Shown piece after piece: positions 27,240 through 42,100 of a DNA stretch of 64,000 nucleotides (within the stretch, counting starts at the first letter, position 1; every line of letters starts with the position of its first letter). Source of the stretch: Eledone cirrhosa (taxonomy: Eukaryota). The notes beneath the pieces were generated by a model, which made no database searches, was not told the origin of the DNA, and saw only the letters and a program-made list of their open reading frames with translations. A program made the translations under genes and the position numbers. The DNA lies in contig OZ024740.1 of assembly GCA_964016885.1 (NCBI GenBank), positions 321,222,001 to 321,286,000 of the forward strand, written 5' to 3'.

Positions 27240-27842
27240 TATATATATCCATTCACTCTTAGTATTATTCTGAAATGTACGTACTACTTTGCTTATAATT
27301 AGCGCTCGTGTTGGTAATTAATTAATATATATATTGAGAAGTTCGTTAGCAGCCGAAGTATATGATTGAGCTGTAATCTGTATAATTATAGCGTGTGCAA
27401 CAGACTGCACCAACATGTATAAATATATATATACATATCTAATATGTAGGCATGTAAACATGCCAGAAAATAGGAATTTCCTTGTAAATTGAAAAAAAAA
27501 AAATGATAACCACTTAAAAGCGATTTTCGGATCTAGCGCACTTTTAAATATATATCTTAATTAATTACCATCAAGAATGTTAATTATTTCTTAATTAGTA
27601 CGTCATTTCAGAATAATACTAAGGGTGAATGGGTATATATACCCAGCAAATACATGTTTCTTTGTGGTTGATTGGATGATATATACGCCTTCTGATGAGG
27701 ATCCATGTTTTTTTTCAATTTGCAGGGAAGTTTGTATTTTTTGGCATGTTTACATGCTTACATATTAGACATGTGGTGCAGTCGCGGTTACATACACTGT
27801 ATTATTACAGATATAAGTTTATCATACACTTCGGCTGCTAGC
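27240..27842. repeat. Old, diverged nested inverted duplication
   Basis: 27240-27340 vs 27541-27640 and 27345-27503 vs 27706-27840 are approximate reverse complements; CTGATGA at ~27692. Confidence 0.65.
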
Positions 27843-27844
27843 GC

Positions 27845-28041
<197 letters not shown>

Positions 28042-28066
28042 TGTGTGTGCGTGCGTGCGCGCGCGC

Positions 28067-28138
<72 letters not shown>

Positions 28139-28154
28139 ATACGTGCGTGTGTGT

Positions 28155-28191
<37 letters not shown>

Positions 28192-28261
28192 CCGGGTTCA
28201 ATCGGGGGAAACCACCATAAGCAAGGTACTCAATATATTAGTAGAGTGTAAACATCGAATT

Positions 28262-28385
28262 TAATATAGAAATGGCTTCTATAGGACTAGAATTGTTTCA
28301 TTCGAAAGAAATCCTCAGGAAAGCCGTCCTAATGATTTCTTTTGAATGAAACATTTCTAGCTCTGTAGAAGCCATTTCTATATTG
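28262..28385. repeat. Short fold-back with hammerhead-like motif (28274-28325, minus)
   Basis: Reverse complement GGCTTTC CTGAGGA T-TTC-TTTC-GAA-T GAAA CA..TA GAAGCC; homologue at 30424-30471. Confidence 0.6.
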
Positions 28386-29643
28386 AATTACATATATATA
28401 TATAAGTTGACGGGACTAGCATGGGTTTCACTGCTAGTACCGGTTGCATCAGGAGACACAGTTATTTGCTTCAATACAACGCACGTAAATGGGTATCTTC
28501 AATCTATACATGTACTCGAGTTTCGGCCACACTTAATGCACAGCAGCTACTGTCTGCATAATATTATGCAACAATGCACAATCGGCGCATGTGGCTTCCT
28601 CAGCTGGTTTCACCTATTCAATAACCTATTGAAAGACAGAATTTAATTCCAGTCTGTGTTGGCTTTGACAGTGAATGTGATGGTCAACACAGTAAAACAT
28701 TAGCAATGCCGTCAACCGATTGGCTACTGGTTCAGATTTTACGTGACAGTAGGAGACGAAATTCAAATAGTTCCGCTCCTGCCATAAGCATTCAGCCAAC
28801 TTATCTCAAACACAAATTAACAAGTGAGTGAAAAATTGGTTATTAGAGAAAATCAGTTTCCAATCGATGCACAATAGAATGGTAGCATTCGACTCCAGTC
28901 TCCATGTATCATGGCGAGAAATAGTGCGACAGTAACAACGGTAGTGCCTAAAACCTTTCCGGTCATTAAATGCCAACAGGTGATTAGACAGCGATATAGA
29001 GTTAGCACGCTGGTTAGAGTTTGAATTCTAGATATTTCGACCAACCACGTACGTAAACCGGTCAATTTCACAACTTACACGATTCAATAGGTGAGTGAGA
29101 GAGGAAGATATAATATGTATTAGAGCGTATATTAAACAAAACACAATAAAAAATGTGAAAAATTGTTGATTATATTAATATTGCCTAAGCCATATAGGCT
29201 CTTTCATTGACTTCTATCTAAAAATAGACTATACACCACCTGTAACCTCTCTTTCCTTTCCTCTTCTTCTCTTTTTCTTCTATCTCTATCTCTTACCACC
29301 TTTCTTCTGTTTTTTTCTATCTATTCCTCTTCCCTCTACTTTTTCGACCTCACTCCATCTACATGTTACTCCATCTTATTCTGCTGTTAACCTCCTTACT
29401 ATCCTCTTCCAGTCTCAGAATTAACCTCAGAATTAATTAATTAATGTTGTCCTCTCTTCCTTTCGACTAAGTTGTTTTGCACACTGAACTTCTCATCACT
29501 TTTCGTTTCCAGTTAGAATCACTCTGATTTGAATTACATATTTCCCTTTACATTTTTGTATTTTGTCGAGAAGACACACACTGTCCTGTGCTACCTTATT
29601 GTGTCCTATTGTAATCCCATGTGCACTGGAGGAATGATACTAA

Positions 29644-30102
29644 CACTGGTCAACTCACTTTTTGCCCACTTAGATTTTGTTGTTGGTTTTAGCTAATTTT
29701 GTGGTGCTGATTTCAAATATGGCATCTCTTTCCCCCTAACACATCAGGTTTTTATGTTTGTCTTTCGCTCGGCTATCCCATAAACACAGGAAACAGATAC
29801 TCTCCTTGTTGGTCAAGTGAAAACTTGATGTGATAGAAAAAAAAGTATTGCTTTTAAAAACTCAGAGACCCCAAATTACTCAAGAACAGGTCTCAAACTT
29901 TGGTTAGCAGAAAAAAAAGCAAACTTTTGTTGACCAGTGTGCTATCTCTTGTAGCTATGGGTGGGGCCAATATGTACCAGCCCATAGATAAAAAAAACTT
30001 ACGTAATAGAAAAAAAGCATTGTCATTTTTAAATTCAGGGACCCCAAATTACTCAAGAACAGGTCTCAAACTTAGATCAGCAGAAAAAAATGTTGGCCAG
30101 TG
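29644..30102. mobile_element. Non-autonomous Chapaev3-like DNA transposon
   Basis: TAA|CACTGGTCAAC ... GTTGGCCAGTG|TAA: CAC/GTG termini with TAA TSD; right end internally duplicated (gttgaccagtg at ~29930). Confidence 0.75.
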
Positions 30103-30423
30103 TAATTTTAAAGCATTCAAACCATAATGATCTCCAGTAATTGATTGATGAGAAGGGATATGTTCGTGTATTCTGTATTGAAAACATGACATATGTTTCT
30201 AACGAAATATGAACTGAACTTGATATTTAAAATATTATGCTTAGAAAAGTATGTCTTAATCAGTCGAAACCGGTAAAGATATTTAATAAAATTTAACTCT
30301 ACTTCATGAATAATCAAATATTAGAATATTTGTTTTGATTAAAAAAACAGAATTTTGATATACATTTCTGTGCATTTCCGATTTAGTTTCCTTCGTACAA
30401 TATCTGATTTGTGTGGAATTTTA

Positions 30424-30471
30424 CTTCTGATGATTTCATAAGAATGAAACAGTACTAGTCATGTAGAAGCC
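30424..30471 (+). ncRNA. Hammerhead-like motif (degenerate)
   Basis: CTT CTGATGA T-TTC-ATAA-GAA-T GAAA CAG..ATG TA GAAG. Confidence 0.55.
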
Positions 30472-30472
30472 T

Positions 30473-30517
<45 letters not shown>

Positions 30518-30678
30518 TTGTTTACCAATGGGTAAATGATGATGCAATAAAATTAAAGCACTCAACGTTATGCAAATCATTATCGTAGATGTGGTATCCG
30601 ATGGCTGGTGTAGGAACGGAGTTAAGTATTCATTAAAAACAACAGAAGGCCGAACTGGAAATTTAGTTTACTACAATT

Positions 30679-30754
30679 AACACCCGATGAAATCGTCTAA
30701 GTCTTGCATCATGATTGGATGATAAAGTTGGCCCATCGAAATATGTATAGTGTT
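30679..30754 (+). ncRNA. Hammerhead-like motif with CCGAUGA core variant
   Basis: AACAC CCGATGA ... GAAA T-ATGT-A TA^ GTGTT; weak stem II closure. Confidence 0.55.
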
Positions 30755-30899
30755 TTCGCGGGATTAAGATTCCTAAGCAAATTTCTAATCCGGCCTTCTT
30801 TTGTTTTTAATGACACACTCACACACACATATATATATAAATATATATATATACATACACATATATATGTATATATACGTATACATACATATATATACA

Positions 30900-30934
<35 letters not shown>

Positions 30935-31287
30935 ATCTATCTATATCTATATATATATGTATATATCCTTCTCTGGTCAATAAGATGGATAAACGGTTAA
31001 TCGGTATGGGGTGGTTTGATCACGAAAGGCCAAGTGACTTACACTAGTGCGTGGGATGAATAAATATTTATCCCCTGACACCCCACACGTACATACATGT
31101 GAGTGTATTTATGTATGTATATATATATATACATATATAAATATATATATATATAAATGCGTGTGTGTGAGTGTGTGTGTGTAGAATGATTGTCCAGTAA
31201 ACAATACGTAAGTTTAGATTAAACTCTTAGTCGTTAGTATACGGTTTACAAACGCTTACATAAACGCACACACACACATATATGTGT

Positions 31288-31828
<541 letters not shown>

Positions 31829-31911
31829 CAAGATGTATGGTAGGTCGTACGTAAATCGCGATGATCACGCCTGACCTACCAAATATGCGACGGTAGCTAG
31901 TTAAGCTCTAT

Positions 31912-33776
31912 ACCATATGGTGGGACTTTTCAAGGCATATAACAGGTGATTGTAAGTTTATTATTTACATCAACGTTTCACTCAAGATTAGCAGTTTGAA
32001 ATCGTGGTATACATCAACAGCTCAGCTTGTATATTTGGGGTCTATATTCTAAGGGGGCTCTTTTATATTAGTTGTAAGAGTTGTAAAAGGGATGGGTTAT
32101 AGGGAGTTAAGAGAATTTGAAAAGGGCCTAAGAGTTAGGGATTGAAGGTTAAAAATTAAAGAATTTATAAGTTACGCATTAAAAGTAAAAGACTTGGGAT
32201 CTCGTAAAAGCACCTTAAAGAATCCCTCAATAAGCGCATAAAGCTTATAAGCCCCAATAAACCTAACAAACCAGAAGAGATTAAGAGAATAAAAAAAATA
32301 AAAAAAATAAAAATAAAAATAAAAAGTTTCCTAAAAAATTCCTTCAAAAGAAAAGAAAAAAAAATTTTTTTTCTAAGAGATCCCCTTAAAAAATTTTAGA
32401 AAATTTACGAAGATTTAATAATCCCTACGAAAGTTCTAAACTCAAAAATTAAAAATTAAAAATTAAAAATTAGGGAAAAGAACTTTCAATAAGATTTAAG
32501 AGGTTAATAATAGGCAGGAATATATTATTATGTCTTTGTTAATCCTATATTAATAATTTTTTGATAATACAAGCTATTTTATACCTTCTTAAAAATACAT
32601 TTTATAATTATTATCTTTTTGCTTATATATTTTCTTACTTATCATTTTCTTTAATCTTGCCCAACTTGATAAGCTCTTTGAATTGCTCCTTAAGTAGATT
32701 ACTTAAATTACTTAAATTACTTTATTTATTATACTTAAGTTGTTGTATCTGTTGAAGCAGCCCTTTGAAAATTCCTCGGATCTCCCAAATACCGTAATTT
32801 TTAATTTTTAATTTGTAATTTTCCTCAATTCATTTATATATATTTTTAAAGGTTCTCTAAAATTTTAATTCTTTGAAGGGTCTTTCGGAAGAGGTTTTTA
32901 TTAAAAATATTAAAGGGGCCTTTTCTGAGGGATTTTTTGAAGGCTTTTTGAATTAACCTTTAATTGATTAATTTCTTTCAACTATTTATTTCTTAATTTT
33001 TAAAATTAAATTTAATGTTCAACCTCTTAATCTTTAATTTTTAATCTTGGATATATAAAATTGCTTAATCTTAAATTCATTAAATTTTTTAATTTCTGGG
33101 TTTGGAACTCTTAAAATTCAAATCCTAATTTAAATCTTAATCTTTATATTATGGATTCCCTAAATCATTAACTTTATTAACCTCTTAAATCTTATTGAAA
33201 GTTCTTTTCCCTAATTTTTAATTTTTAATTTTTAATTTTTAATTTTTGAGTTTAGAACTTTCGTAGGGATTATTAAATCTTCGTAAATTTTCTAAAATTT
33301 TTTAAGGGGATCTCTTAGAAAATTTTTTTTCTTTTCTTTTGAAGGAATTTTTTAGGAAACTTTTTATTTTTATTATTATTTTTTTTATTTTTTATTCTCT
33401 TAATCTCTTCTGGTTTGTTAGGTTTATTGGGGCTTATTGAGGGATTCTTTAAGGTGCTTTTACGAGATCCCAAGTCTTTTACTTTTAATGCGTAACTTAT
33501 AAATTCTTTAATTTTTAACCTTCAATCCCTAACTCTTAGGCCCTTTTCAAATTCTCTTAACTCCCCATAACCCATCCCTTTTACAACTCCTACAACTAAT
33601 ATAAAAGAGTCCCCTTAGAATATAGACCCCAAATATACAAGCTGAGCTGTTGATGTATACCACGATTTCAAACTGCTAATCTTGAGTGAAACGTTGATGT
33701 AAATAATGAACTTACAATCACCTGTTATATGCCTTGAAAAGTCCCACCATATGGTCGGACGAAACGGCTGTCGGCA
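31912..33776. repeat. Large fold-back: ~600-bp near-identical inverted arms (31912-32510 / 33174-33755), 663-bp spacer, degenerate hammerhead at right end
   Basis: Arms match apart from one ~17-nt indel and few substitutions; TGCC TTGAAAA GTCC..GGAC GAAA CGGCTG TC GGCA at 33730-33776. Confidence 0.9.
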
Positions 33777-33843
33777 ATAAACTTGTTATAATGTCATAAT
33801 AGTTCCTTTGTTCTTTTTCATTTATATATATATATATATGTAA

Positions 33844-34645
33844 GTTATTTATCAAATATTTCTTCATAGGAGCCTTTATTCTTATAGCCTGGTCTAATTG
33901 ATTTTTTATATGGTTAATTATGCTAATTGGGAGAGGAAATGGTATATATTTTATCTAATAATTCTAAGGACATGATTTATGATATATTGCTCTGATTATT
34001 TAATCTATTAATTCTTCATTGAGCCACATCGTGACCGGTTGCCACATATATATCTGTGACTTTATGTATATGTAAATCTTTATATTTAATAATCTCCCGT
34101 TGGGTTGAGATGCAATTGGGCGATATTGGGCTGCGCTTTCTAGCAACCAGCCTACTCGCCGTAAGCAACTAATCACATTCTTTCTAACTTGACCACTGCC
34201 ACGTCACGATTCTTAGCCATTTTTAAAATCTATTTCTGGCGCGATCGCTTTGGAAAATTAACTGTCCGATTGAGTCTGTCTCCCGATGAGTTCGTTACTT
34301 TAGATTCGTCCTTAATAATAGGATATCTCAAAATACGAACGAAACCATGGTAGAGATGTAATTACGGTATGTACACGTTTATTCTAAGTTTAAATTTACA
34401 CCTAATTGTGTATGGTTGACGGTATATTTAGTCAGTTTCTACATGCTGTTGAAATGTTGGGTAAATACTCTATTGTGGTCAGCGCGAAGAGGCCGCTTTC
34501 GGTTATTTATCAAATATTTCTTCATAGGAGCCTTTATTCTTATAGCCTGGTCTAATTGATTTTTTATATGGTTAATTATGCTAATTGGGAGAGGAAATGG
34601 TATATATTTTATCTAATAATTCTAAGGACATGATTTATGATATAT
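33844..34645 (+). mobile_element. Retrozyme/pLTR-like unit: 658-bp period, 144-bp terminal direct repeats, internal hammerhead
   Basis: 33844-33987 repeated at 34502-34645; no ORF. Confidence 0.75.
34278..34357 (+). ncRNA. Type I hammerhead with CCGAUGA variant and palindromic stem III
   Basis: GTCTC CCGATGA GTTCGT..ACGAAC GAAA CCATGG TA^ GAGAT. Confidence 0.78.
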
Positions 34646-35152
34646 GTAAGTATATATATATGTAGGTATGTATGTATTTCCGCTCATTTTTATAGTTTTG
34701 GTATCTCAAATTAGTACCATCGAACCACAACTATTATAAATACCATGCATATTTCTGTAGGTACTTAGTGCCTGTTGGAATATCCATACCCTTTTATAAT
34801 TTTTCTCCTATATGTAGAGAACAAAACGTCGTATCGCGCTGCTATTTTTAGCGGCATGATCAACAAGTTTATAATATCCCGTTTTTACTCATGGCCTATT
34901 TTTGTGTGTGAGTCACTTTAACGGCTTGCCCGCATGCAACGGGCAGGAAGCGAAATATTAACTTACTATGAGGCTTTATACCCTTATAGTATGGAAACAG
35001 CTGTCTGAAGATCTAATTCTTTCCATTGGAAATTCTCTGGATTTCCAATCTTTTGATTAGTGAAACCGTCGGTAACGGCAATAGAACAGGTGAATATTTA
35101 AATCGTTTTTTAATTTATTTAAAAGATTGTTTGATGATTACTTGTTCCGCTC

Positions 35153-35224
<72 letters not shown>

Positions 35225-36297
35225 AATTATATTTGGGAAAAGTAAACAAGATAAGAAAGAAATATATATATACTTTACGTACACACATGTGCGCATGAAT
35301 ATATAAGCACGCGCACGTGTGTGTGAACCTAAGTGTTTAAAATTGGACACAAATAGATACTACACTAATAGAAAACCGAAAGAGAAAATTCAATGCTTTA
35401 AGAAAACTGTTCTCACACATTTAAGATAAGTTAGTAATATTAGTAAATATATATCTATCATATTCTTTGATATTTTTTAACAGTAATGTGTAGTATTACA
35501 ATAATGCATTAAAGCATAGTGGCCACGAACACAGGATTGATTCCATAAAAATATGGTAATAGTATCAATGAATGCAAACGTAGGGAAATGATAGTATCGG
35601 GTAATCCACTTTCTAGCCTTAACAACTGCTTTAATATTGCTAGAGATTTTCTGACACTTTTCTACAAACCATAAATATCATAAGATATTATTGTAAAAAC
35701 ATACTATGAAATTAAGTTATTCTTGTACTATAATCTTTGCAGCAATTAGAGCAAAAATATGTATTATAAATCATTTCAAATACGTTTCCTTTATACAACT
35801 CCAATATTCCTGCCTTCTGTCCTACTCCCTTAATGGTAAAAAATTGGAGAAATCATCAAACATTTCTCTTCCAGACCATATTATCCCCAAATGCTTTCAA
35901 AATAAGATATTACCAGCATATTCATACTTTTAAAAATCCCAGTTGACCTCATGAATAAGAAGACTTTAAACAGTCATTAAACACATCCTTTATAGGTGGT
36001 AGGGTGTTTCCCGCATACGGCTCACCATACAGCATCTACCTTCTGGATCCTCTGATCATCCAGAGAGACAGACAGACAAACAGACAGATAGATAGATAGA
36101 TAGATAAATAGAGAGATGGAGTTGGAGAAAAAGGGGAAGAGGGAGAGAGGGAAGAAAAAAGAAAGATAAAAGAAAAAGAAAGAGACAAAATAGACAAATA
36201 CATAGACATAATGAGAGAGATGGAGAGAGGTAAGTAGGTAGACCGACATATATAGAGAGAGGGGGAAGAGAGATACGCACGTACAAGTGGAAGAGAG

Positions 36298-36391
<94 letters not shown>

Positions 36392-36535
36392 GTGTGTTAC
36401 ACGTTTTCATTATTGGAATTTTTCGTTAATTGTGAGTGATTAAGTGATTAGCCATAAGATATCAGGGAAATACCGGAAACAACTGAAAATTGTTGGCGGT
36501 TGTAGAGTAAATCACTGATAAATATACAGATAAAT

Positions 36536-36835
36536 TGTGGCTTAATGGTTAAGGTGTTTGACAGGTGACCGTAAGTTCGTTAGTTCGACTCCAAACGACG
36601 CACGGTGTCCAAATTATTATATTTCACGTTGCTCTAGTCCACTCAGTTGGCAAAAATGAGTTGTACTTGTAATTCAAGGGATCAGTCTTGTCACACACTG
36701 TGTCACACTGAATCTCCCTGAGAACTACATTAAAGGTGTAAGTGTCTGTGGAATACTCAGCCACTTACACATTAATTTCCTGAGCAGACTGATCTATTGA
36801 TCAAACAACTGGAACATTCGTCGTCACATCCGAGG
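36536..36835 (+). mobile_element. tRNA-derived SINE
   Basis: A box tggcttaatggt, B box gttcgactcc; related pieces at ~190-295, 19700-19800, 24640-24735, 61850-62210. Confidence 0.7.
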
Positions 36836-36845
36836 TTCGTTGTCC

Positions 36846-36929
<84 letters not shown>

Positions 36930-37408
36930 CATCTTCCTATCTATCTATATATCTATCTTTCTAAATGGATCTAGCTGTCGTCTGTTCTACAGCGTAGATG
37001 TAATTCACTTCGCGCAGAAGTTTTGTTCAAATTTATTGCGGAAATTTTGTAAGTTCAATTTTAATTTTGATACTATTGTGTAGCTTGACCCCCCGTCTGA
37101 ACTGTCAGGCGGTGGGTCAGCTCATCTTTACCCCTCCTAGGGGTGAAAAACCTGTTTTAAAAATGTTGTGGCATAAAAAAATTTCAATCGTCTGACAGAA
37201 ATGTTAAACGAAGCTAACGAAAATAGTGGTGGGGGGACAGCGGTAAGAGTTGTAAGTTCGCACGCTTTAGTCCCCCCCCTTCCTTCCCAACTAACGCCAT
37301 AGAGAAGGAAGGAAAAAATAAAATAAAAACAGACGAATCTGCGGAGAAAAATGACGAAAACACAAATCTGGACATGGATTCCAACAACGAAAAAAAAAGT
37401 TTGAAAAA

Positions 37409-39112
37409 TTGCATGACAATATTAATACCACAAACAAAGACACAACAAACACAAAAATAACATTTGAAAACATCATCATAACAGAAAGCAAAGCAGACGA
37501 CAAAGTCAATACCAATAATATTTCATTTGCACAAACAACAAAGAAATCTTTGACATATATACCTGAAAATATTTCAGATGTGGCACAAAGAATTGCAGAC
37601 ACCAAACAATATATAACTGAAGGAGAGAATGGTATTTTATCGGTAAAAATGCCTCAAGAACTCACCAAAGACATTGAAAGTCGAACGGTCGTTTTCCGCA
37701 CCATCAACAACATTTCAAAAAAACCTGAACAGCCAACTCAAACAGAAATCAAAACAGTACTTACAGAAGTACTTAATGAAACCACTTTCATAAGAAAAGA
37801 CAGACTGTATGGAAGCCTAGCGATTATTATAAAGAACGAATCGGCGGCAAAAAAATGTGCTTTGTCACCGATTCGTTCGAAAAATTTTACCTTTTATCCA
37901 TCTTATATGGGTAAAAGAACTCAACGCATATGGCTGGATGCAATGATGCCAGATGTGGACTACTGCTGGCTCATAGCCGGCTTCATCGATCCAGCAAATG
38001 ACAACGTGATTTCCATTGGGGAAACCACAGACAATGCGTTCAGTGGAACAGGTATAGAACTTGTAGTGCAAATGAAGCCTGAACGCATCGCCCAAATACC
38101 CGACAGAATCCTATTAGAGGGCCACGGGTATATAAACATTAGCGTGGAGGGGAGAAGGCCGTCCTGTCATATCTGTGCAGGCAGAGGGCACCTGAAGGCG
38201 GCTTGTCCCCAACTCAACAAAAAGAAAACCCTGCTACCAACACCAGCTCTACCACCACCACCACAACAGATAAACAGACAACAAAACTCAGTCCCACCCA
38301 ACCCGTCCCTCAGTAAAACTACACCACCACCATAACACAAACAGTCACAACACATTACCCCAAAACAAAATACAGGCCCACCCAACCCCTCACTCAATAA
38401 AACAACACAACCACCGCAACCACAACACACAACACAGTCTAACATAGTGACATCCATCTCCCCCACAAAGAAAACCAACACGGAAACATTACCAGCAAAC
38501 ATACCTCTTCCCTCCAACACTGAAGATAACCCAACGAATTCGGAGGAAGAAACGGAGTCCTTCAGACAGATTAAAAGGAAAAAAAGAAAACATGTGCAAA
38601 ACACACAAGGCCAAACAACCCCCACCCAAATGTCAACACAATCCAACAAAACACAAAACACCCCTCCAGCAACAAACAAAACCAAACCTGCCCCTCCCCT
38701 CTTCGAAACACTCACACCATCCGAAAAAAAGACATTACACTATACTTACATCAACAGAAACAATAATAAATTAAATGAACTCATAAACAATAATCCCTCG
38801 GTACAAACCGAAGGTGTAAACTTTGTTTCTTCAGAAAACTACCCACATTTAAAATTAATAAAGATCCCAATGAACCTCTACCAAAAACTAAAAAAGGATT
38901 TTAAGGAGGACGTAGGACCACCCTCTGTCAAACCCATAAACCGCGTCCTACTAAAAAGCTTTCCCCCTCCCCTTCCCCTCCCCAACACAACTCCAAACAC
39001 CCCAACCCCACCACACACTGACGACCCCACACCACCACAAGACACCCCTTCACCCAACACCCCCGACCCCATGGAAGTCGTGCGACCCGAACCCCGGGAA
39101 GCAGAAAGGTAG
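37409..39112 (+). pseudogene. Tx1 ORF1 (gag-like zinc knuckle, Pro/Thr-rich), one in-frame stop at ~38333
   Basis: ORFs 37409-38335 and 38447-39112 are in the same frame. Confidence 0.8.
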
Positions 39113-39145
39113 GTCTCTACACTCTCCTTTGGCTCTGCCGCCCAC

Positions 39146-42100
39146 ATGGATGTGTTAAGAGTAGGATGTTTGAATGCACGTGGCCTGGGCTCAACTTGGA
39201 AGCAAGCAAAGCTTCTAAATGACCTCAGGTCATGTGGTATAAATGTAATGGTTATCTGTGAGACTCGGATCAACGTCGTGCGGCAGCTGGCCCCTACCTT
39301 CGATGACTTTGAGGTGCATGCATCTCTCTGTCAACCTGGAGGTGGGGGTGGGGTTGTCGTACTGCTGCAAAAACACCTGGGTTTTGCCGTACAGGTTGTT
39401 CACTCGGACCCGGAGGGTCGTTTGTTGGTGCTAGACGTTGGCAGTAGTGAAGGTGCGGCCTTGAGACTGGTCGCCGTCTACTCCCCTTTCGGAGCTGAAC
39501 GGCCCGACTTCTTCCAGCGTTTGGAGACTTTTCTGGGAACGTCGCGTTCCCTGCTTCTAGCGGGGGATTGGAATGACATCCTAGATGCACGTTGGGACTA
39601 TGCAGGAGCATGTCCTAATAGAGGGGGGTGTAACAGCCTCAAGGGGTTACTCGACCGTTTTAACTTGGTCGATAGATATCGACTAGATTTTCCAACTGTG
39701 CCTACCTGGACTTGGACGAACCACAGTGGTCAATCTAGATCGTACTTAGATAGATTCTTAGTTAGAAGTAAGAATAGGGACATATTAAGCTGTCCAGAAA
39801 TGCGCACGGTTGGCTATACGGATCACAAATTAGTGACCTGCGTAGTCAATCTCGAGAAAACACATAAACAGGGTCCCGGTTACTGGAAACTTAATTTGTC
39901 TTTACCGGCAAAAGAGACTTACAGAAACCGGATTAGCAGATAGGTTAAGGAGAGGTTGACACGTGCAATCGTCAACAACCGATGGTGGGCATCTCTCCAA
40001 AGAGAGATTAGAACAGAATCAATAAGTTATAGCAAGATGTTAGCTGCCGATAGGAATAGAAACTAGAAAGAATTAACAGGTAAATTAGAAGAGGCAATCA
40101 AGAGCGAAGATGTGGCCAGAGTGCTGGCATCGAGGACGGCCTTGAACCAGTTTTTCGATGCAAAGCACGAAGGCTGCGTCATTCGAAGTAAAATACGTGC
40201 TCTAGGTAATGAGGGGGCCAAAGCCGTTGGCTGGGCCCGCGTGACAGAAGCTAAGAGTGGAAATCGATCCACCATCCGGTCGTTGCAAGACGAGGATGGA
40301 CGGGTGATCCGGGAGCCTAAGCAGATGTGCAAGGCCTTTCAAAGGCACTTTGCCTGATTATTCAGGAGAGGCGAGGGTCAGGGCGGGGACGTGGATTTCG
40401 GTCCATACCTCGACGGCCTGCCGCGTCTCTCGAGCGAAGAGGCAGAGTCCTGCGAGGGACCAATCTCGGCTGATGAGATCGGAGATGCGCTGAGCCAATG
40501 CAGCAGACGCAAATCTCCAGGTCTCGATGGTATACCTTACGAACTTTATTTAGCAATGCCGGTCTTCTTCTCCGAACTCCTCGAAGCGGTCTACTGCAAT
40601 TGGCAGCAGAACGGGAGAATTCCTTGTTCTGTAGCCAAGGGCGTAGTCTCGCTGGTGAGGAAGGACGAGAACAAGGGGGATAGTATAAATAATTTTCGGC
40701 TCATAACCCTGCTAAACACAGAGTTAAAGATTTTGGCCAAGGTATTAGCAAAGAGGTTGGCGCTTGTCGTGGGTGGCCTGGTGGGAGATGCGCAGACATG
40801 TGCTATCCCATCCAGGTCCATTCACGATAACCTCCACCTCATGCGATACATCATAGAGAGGGTTGGCAACAAACCCGGCTTCGGTGGGGCCCTGATCAAC
40901 TTGGATCAGTCTAAGGCCTTCGATAGGGTCGACCATGGTTACCTGGATGCGGTGCTAGCGGCGGCTGGGTTCGGTCCTGTTTTCAGAGGCTGGATCACTG
41001 CCTTACATAGCAACCACATCTGTTCTAGGATCAAGGTGAACGGCTACCTTTCGAAGCCGTTCGAAATCACACGATCCATTCGACAGGGGTGCCCTCTCTC
41101 CTCCCTTCTGTACGTATTGACTCTCGAGCCTTTACTGAGGAAGTTGGAGTTGTTGCAGGGTATCCCCCTGGAACCAGGATTGAGCAAAGCGGTGTCGGCC
41201 TACGCCGATGACGTAACAGTAATGGTATCGACCGACTCAGAGATCGAGGCGATCGGTACCTTACTGGAGGATTACGAAAGGTTGTCAGGAGCGAAACTGA
41301 ACCCGGAAAAATCCATCGGGCTGCAACTCGGAACGTGGAGAGGCAGACCGATGCCTCCCGACGGTGTCGTCGGACACTGGACGGAGGGCCCGGTAAAGTT
41401 GCTTGGGGTCTGGTTTGGACCGGACCTCCAGGTGGAAAAGAACTGGGACGAGGTTACGAACAAGGTGTTTGCACTAACCCAGAAATGGGCCAAGTGTAAG
41501 CTGTCCCTAAAAGGCCGGGCGGAGTGGCGAACATTTACATAGCGTCCGTCACTTACTACCGCCTGACTGCTGTGCCTTGCCCTAAGGAAACACTCACCAC
41601 CATGGAACGCATGCTCTTCCAATTTCTTTGGAAGAAGCGCCCCCTATGGTGAGAAGATCCATCTGCTGCCAACAACCTTCGAAAGGAGGGCTGGGGATGC
41701 CGTGGTTGATGATGCGTAGGCACGCATTAAGGCTATGGCACCTACAGGTATTCCTCACTGGTCAACCGGTTGGGCTCCGTTCGTGAAACGAGCCTTTCCG
41801 AGACTCGTCTCGCTCACCGAGCTGCGGTCCTGGGTCAAGCAAAGATCCGGAAAACTGGGAGACTGGCACACTGAGTGTGCTCAGGCGCTCAGGGCTCTCT
41901 GGCAAGCGGGCCAGGCCATCGGTGGAGAATCCACCTCATAATTCTATAGAGGGCTGGTGGCTAGCAGGGGCGATGACACCCTTGGAGAGTCGCTGGACAT
42001 GGAAGAGGACGAACTGGCCAGCCTGTTCGGTAGGACTTTCGGCCCGGGACCAATGGACAACTTCCAGAAGTCACTAGCCTGGCAGTGCTACCGGGGGGCT

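Noticed and set aside
36536-36610. tRNA gene
   Set aside because: Has A and B boxes but no cloverleaf and continues into a SINE body
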